This document shows, piece after piece, positions 63,901 to 64,000 of a stretch of DNA of 64,000 nucleotides. The stretch is taken from contig OX597823.1 in assembly GCA_951406725.2 (NCBI GenBank), forward strand, positions 80,228,001-80,292,000, read 5' to 3'. Position numbers and translations under genes: made by a program. Below the pieces are notes generated by a model. The model ran no database searches. It saw only the letters and a program-made list of their open reading frames with translations, and was not told where the DNA came from. The DNA comes from Octopus vulgaris (taxonomy: Eukaryota). Within the stretch, counting starts at the first letter, position 1. Each line of letters opens with the position of its first letter.

Positions 63901-64000
63901 CTGATGGTCCTACAGTTGGTGTTGGTGCTGTAGTTGTTGCTGTTGCAGGAGTCGTTTTTGTTGATGTTGCTACAGTTGTTGCTGCTGATGATACAGCAGT
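18008..64000 (-). CDS. Gel-forming mucin-like secreted glycoprotein (5'-partial; 22 exons in window, about 3,357 aa): PTS-TIL-TIL-Cys-TIL-VWC-VWC-[discoidin-like + linker]x4-giant PTS-CTCK
   Basis: Manually spliced exons 63232-64000, 61510-61782, 59848-60116, 57375-57480, 55864-56132, 54078-54179, 51944-52274, 49500-49946, 47210-47251, 45377-45499, 44225-44671, 42441-42482, 41323-41427, 40354-40800, 36185-36316, 34797-35243, 33151-33192, 25681-30684, 25314-25397, 22334-22636, 20773-20979 and 18008-18090. All have GT-AG boundaries and compatible phases and sum to 10,074 nt ending in TAG. PTS domains, TIL/VWC cysteine patterns and a terminal cystine knot are mucin/VWF-family hallmarks. Confidence 0.9.
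19501..20434 (+). mobile_element. Internally deleted mariner transposon (in last mucin intron)
   Basis: TA-flanked TIRs TTG(T/G)GT(C/G)ATCCCATAAATAATGC. N-terminal [22 protein letters not shown] motif at about 20038 and C-terminal [15 protein letters not shown] (YSPDL motif). Catalytic middle missing; frameshifted. Confidence 0.9.
20773..20979 (-). CDS. Mucin exon: C-terminal cystine knot (CTCK), part 1
   Basis: DQCQP...GCEA...ECRGSCNS...SVCRCCAP...VMVTC shows the CxGxC and CxCC motifs of mucin/VWF cystine knots. TTTGCAG acceptor, GTACGT donor. Confidence 0.9.
21280..21750 (-). mobile_element. CR1/L2-type LINE 3' end fragment
   Basis: [15 protein letters not shown]...[38 protein letters not shown] shows the TRGH...FF...WN.LP motif, followed by a 3' UTR and (TAT)n tail. 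Confidence 0.75.
22094..22297 (-). mobile_element. piggyBac-type MITE copy (partial)
   Basis: Reverse-orientation homologue of 54578-54797; ends AAAGGG-TTAA. Confidence 0.7.
22334..22636 (-). CDS. Mucin PTS exon with (TSPE)n repeat
   Basis: TTTTCAG acceptor, GTAAGT donor; 303 bp, phase 1-1. Contains [19 protein letters not shown]. Confidence 0.85.
22958..23885 (-). mobile_element. Decayed mariner (irritans-like) transposon with SINE at the deletion point
   Basis: [47 protein letters not shown] and C-terminal [12 protein letters not shown]-like TACGAGAGGGTATCAAAA at 22958. SINE A at 23178-23405. Confidence 0.8.
25314..25397 (-). CDS. Mucin PTS exon ([28 protein letters not shown])
   Basis: TTTACAG acceptor, GTAAGT donor; 84 bp, phase 1-1. 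Confidence 0.8.
25681..30684 (-). CDS. Mucin giant PTS exon (5,004 bp, 1,668 aa) with APS(G/A)TTTA tandem array
   Basis: Uninterrupted ORF; TTGACAG acceptor, G|GTATTT donor; phase 1-1. Core of 24-bp (8-aa) units interleaved with 12-bp (ATTA/GTTA/GTTT) units. No Cys and almost no charged residues in the core. Confidence 0.92.
33151..33192 (-). CDS. Mucin 42-bp micro-exon ([14 protein letters not shown])
   Basis: TTTTTCAG acceptor, GTAAGT donor; phase 1-1. Confidence 0.8.
33835..34320 (-). mobile_element. Interspersed repeat with (CAT)n/(ATG)n tail and GGATGCC.TTCCTAA.GCCAACC core (RTE-tail-like SINE)
   Basis: Related copies at about 20470-20660, 24470-24660, 32625-32730, 39200-39470, 52500-52725, 56440-56760 and 62640-62830. 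This copy has internal roughly 60-70-bp GTGCCACTGGCAC repeats. Confidence 0.6.
34797..35243 (-). CDS. Mucin exon: discoidin-like domain, copy 4
   Basis: 447 bp, phase 1-1; TTTCCAG acceptor, GTAAGA donor. Confidence 0.85.
35330..35715 (+). repeat. About 194-bp tandem duplication, each unit with GAAACAGCTGTA
   Basis: GAAACAGCTGTAGAAATTAATTA at 35460 and 35654 with shared flanks. Confidence 0.75.
36185..36316 (-). CDS. Mucin Thr/Ser linker exon ([15 protein letters not shown]...QRTTT)
   Basis: Not in the ORF track. AATAG acceptor (alternative in-frame TCAG gives start 36307), GTATAA donor; phase 1-1. Confidence 0.75.
36477..36853. repeat. Inverted repeat with hammerhead-like motifs (Penelope pseudo-LTR-like)
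   Basis: Left arm 36477-36562 is the reverse complement of right arm 36742-36853 with indels. Both carry TGATGA...GAAACAGCT. Confidence 0.65.
38012..38356 (+). repeat. (TATG/CATG)n compound microsatellite
   Basis: Directly visible. Confidence 0.95.
40354..40800 (-). CDS. Mucin exon: discoidin-like domain, copy 3 (most divergent)
   Basis: 447 bp, phase 1-1. N-terminal half nearly identical to the other copies; C-terminal half diverged ([35 protein letters not shown]...). Confidence 0.85.
40842..41027 (+). repeat. (TA/CATA)n low-complexity tract
   Basis: Directly visible. Confidence 0.9.
41323..41427 (-). CDS. Mucin Thr/Ser linker exon ([17 protein letters not shown]...TTTS)
   Basis: ATCAG acceptor, GTAAAT donor; 105 bp, phase 1-1. 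Confidence 0.78.
41677..41906 (+). mobile_element. piggyBac-type MITE (TTAA TSD)
   Basis: TTAA-CCCTTTTGTTAC...GTATCAAAAGGG-TTAA. Confidence 0.85.
42441..42482 (-). CDS. Mucin 42-bp micro-exon ([14 protein letters not shown])
   Basis: TTTCTTAG acceptor, GTAAGG donor; phase 1-1. Confidence 0.8.
44225..44671 (-). CDS. Mucin exon: discoidin-like domain, copy 2
   Basis: 447 bp, phase 1-1, near-identical to copy 1; GTAAGC donor. Confidence 0.85.
45377..45499 (-). CDS. Mucin Thr/Ser linker exon ([17 protein letters not shown]...TTTA)
   Basis: TTCAG acceptor, C|GTAAAT donor; 123 bp, phase 1-1. Paralogous to 41323-41427 and 36185-36316. Confidence 0.78.
47210..47251 (-). CDS. Mucin 42-bp micro-exon ([14 protein letters not shown])
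   Basis: TTTTTCCAG acceptor, GTAAA donor; phase 1-1. Paralogous to 42441-42482 and 33151-33192. Confidence 0.8.
47587..47816. repeat. Perfect palindrome: 114-bp arms with 2-nt spacer
   Basis: 47587-47700 is the exact reverse complement of 47703-47816 around ...CTCAACACAA AG TTGTGTTGAG...; embedded between (TA)n tracts. Confidence 0.95.
48088..48297. mobile_element. mariner-type MITE (about 210 bp)
   Basis: TIRs AGGGGTGCTGAAAAGTTCCTGGCTTT / AAAGCCGGGAACTTTTCAGCACCCCT, TA-flanked. Other copies at 54385-54826 and (partial) about 50790-50910. Confidence 0.85.
49500..49946 (-). CDS. Mucin exon: discoidin/F5-8 type C-like domain, copy 1 (149 aa)
   Basis: 447-bp phase 1-1 exon reading [20 protein letters not shown]...W...PSVTIKL...ATAVKIIL...VQVKAC. 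The terminal Cys pair and motif order resemble FA58C (C..GM..I.D..I.AS...W...LQIDL...ARYIRI...L.LEL.GC). The exon call is firm; the domain label is inferred. Confidence 0.85.
50418..50600 (+). repeat. Degenerate (GT)n tract
   Basis: Directly visible. Confidence 0.9.
51944..52274 (-). CDS. Mucin exon: VWC domain + PTS linker
   Basis: [15 protein letters not shown]...ITCETPSC...KCCPYCP matches the VWC GExW...CCPxC signature. CTTTCAG acceptor, G|GTAGG donor; phase 0-1. Confidence 0.9.
53384..53757 (+). mobile_element. Non-autonomous Helitron-like element
   Basis: Starts A|TC (TCTTTCTATATATAAA) and ends with a GC-rich hairpin and CTAG|T; no TSD. Confidence 0.65.
54078..54179 (-). CDS. Mucin exon: end of VWC-like module (CCRC) and start of next
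   Basis: Not in the ORF track. TCACAG|[34 protein letters not shown]|GTTCGT; 102 bp, phase 0-0. Confidence 0.8.
54385..54826. mobile_element. mariner-type MITE carrying a nested piggyBac-type MITE
   Basis: Outer TIRs GCTGAAAAGTTCCTGG / CCAGGAACTTTTCAGCACCCC; inner element at 54578-54797. Confidence 0.85.
54574..54801 (+). mobile_element. piggyBac-type MITE (220 bp + TTAA TSDs)
   Basis: TTAA-CCCTTTCGTTAC ... GTAACGAAAGGG-TTAA, with perfect 12-bp TIRs. Confidence 0.9.
55063..55370 (+). mobile_element. Restriction-like endonuclease (RLE) domain fragment of an R4/Dong-like LINE
   Basis: [36 protein letters not shown]....IGTLG resembles the (PD)..IE..P.D.N...K..EK..KY...IGALG C-terminus of RLE LINEs. 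Confidence 0.65.
55482..55696 (+). mobile_element. piggyBac-type MITE copy
   Basis: TTAA-CCCATTTGTTAC...GGG-TTAA; homologous to 54578-54797. Confidence 0.8.
55864..56132 (-). CDS. Mucin exon: TIL domain + start of VWC-like module
   Basis: [58 protein letters not shown]...[30 protein letters not shown] acceptor, GTAATG donor; phase 1-0. Confidence 0.88.
57375..57480 (-). CDS. Mucin exon: short Cys module (E/VWC-like half)
   Basis: Not in the ORF track. TTTTAG|[35 protein letters not shown]|GTATGT; 106 bp, phase 0-1, and joins both neighbours in frame. Confidence 0.8.
57541..57704. repeat. About 47-bp-arm inverted repeat, part of a repeat also present at about 62213-62400
   Basis: AACAATTGAAGCATGGAAGGTGTTTATAAGCCATTTAAAA versus TTTTAAATGGCTTATAAACACCTTCCACGCTACAATTGTT. 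Confidence 0.8.
59225..59794 (+). mobile_element. Internally deleted mariner transposon (570 bp)
   Basis: TA-TTGGGTTGTCCGGAAAGTTCATGCCGATTT ... AAATCGGCACAAACTTTCCAGACAACCCAA-TA. Start MEDKKVHF is fused to the C-terminal [21 protein letters not shown]. Confidence 0.9.
59848..60116 (-). CDS. Mucin exon: TIL domain ending in CPCYHNGK
   Basis: [10 protein letters not shown]...TCETL...[34 protein letters not shown] is the classic VWF/mucin TIL-to-E junction motif. GACAG acceptor, GTAAGT donor; phase 1-0. Confidence 0.9.
61510..61782 (-). CDS. Mucin exon: 10-Cys TIL-like domain + Thr/Ser linker
   Basis: TTTCAG acceptor. Encodes [45 protein letters not shown] then a T/S-rich stretch. Donor G|GTAGT; 273 bp, phase 1-1. 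Confidence 0.85.
63232..64000 (-). CDS. Mucin exon (5'-truncated by window edge): Thr/Ala/Pro/Ser-rich PTS domain
   Basis: Open frame from 64000 (TAVSSAATT...) to ...YQSTTTIT. Donor T|GTAAG at 63231, phase 1. Confidence 0.88.

Overview
AT-rich, repeat-dense eukaryotic DNA. It is most likely from a cephalopod (Octopus-like), inferred only from the SINE families and microsatellite landscape. The one host gene I can support is a large minus-strand gel-forming-mucin-like gene that enters at the right edge (5' end lies beyond 64000) and stops at 18008. I reconstructed 22 GT-AG exons in the window, totalling 10,074 coding nt (about 3,357 aa) with consistent reading frame. The architecture is PTS - TIL - TIL - short Cys module - TIL - VWC-like x2 - [149-aa divergent discoidin/F5-8C-like domain + Thr/Ser linker exons] x4 - one 5,004-bp Thr/Ala/Pro/Ser tandem-repeat exon - PTS - an 11-Cys C-terminal cystine knot. 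Positions 1-17.9 kb look intergenic. Introns and intergenic DNA hold three or more tRNA-derived SINE families, decayed mariner, R4/Dong-like, RTE and CR1/L2 fragments, pogo/Tigger-, mariner- and piggyBac-type MITEs (one nested), a Helitron-like element, several foldback palindromes and Penelope-type minimal hammerhead-like motifs. The most notable points are the mucin carrying four lectin-fold-like modules on phase-1 symmetric exons, mosaic gene conversion among those modules, a fossil exon deletion, a perfect 114-bp-arm palindrome and hammerhead-like motifs in mucin introns. No database searches were run; all domain and family names come from pattern recognition.
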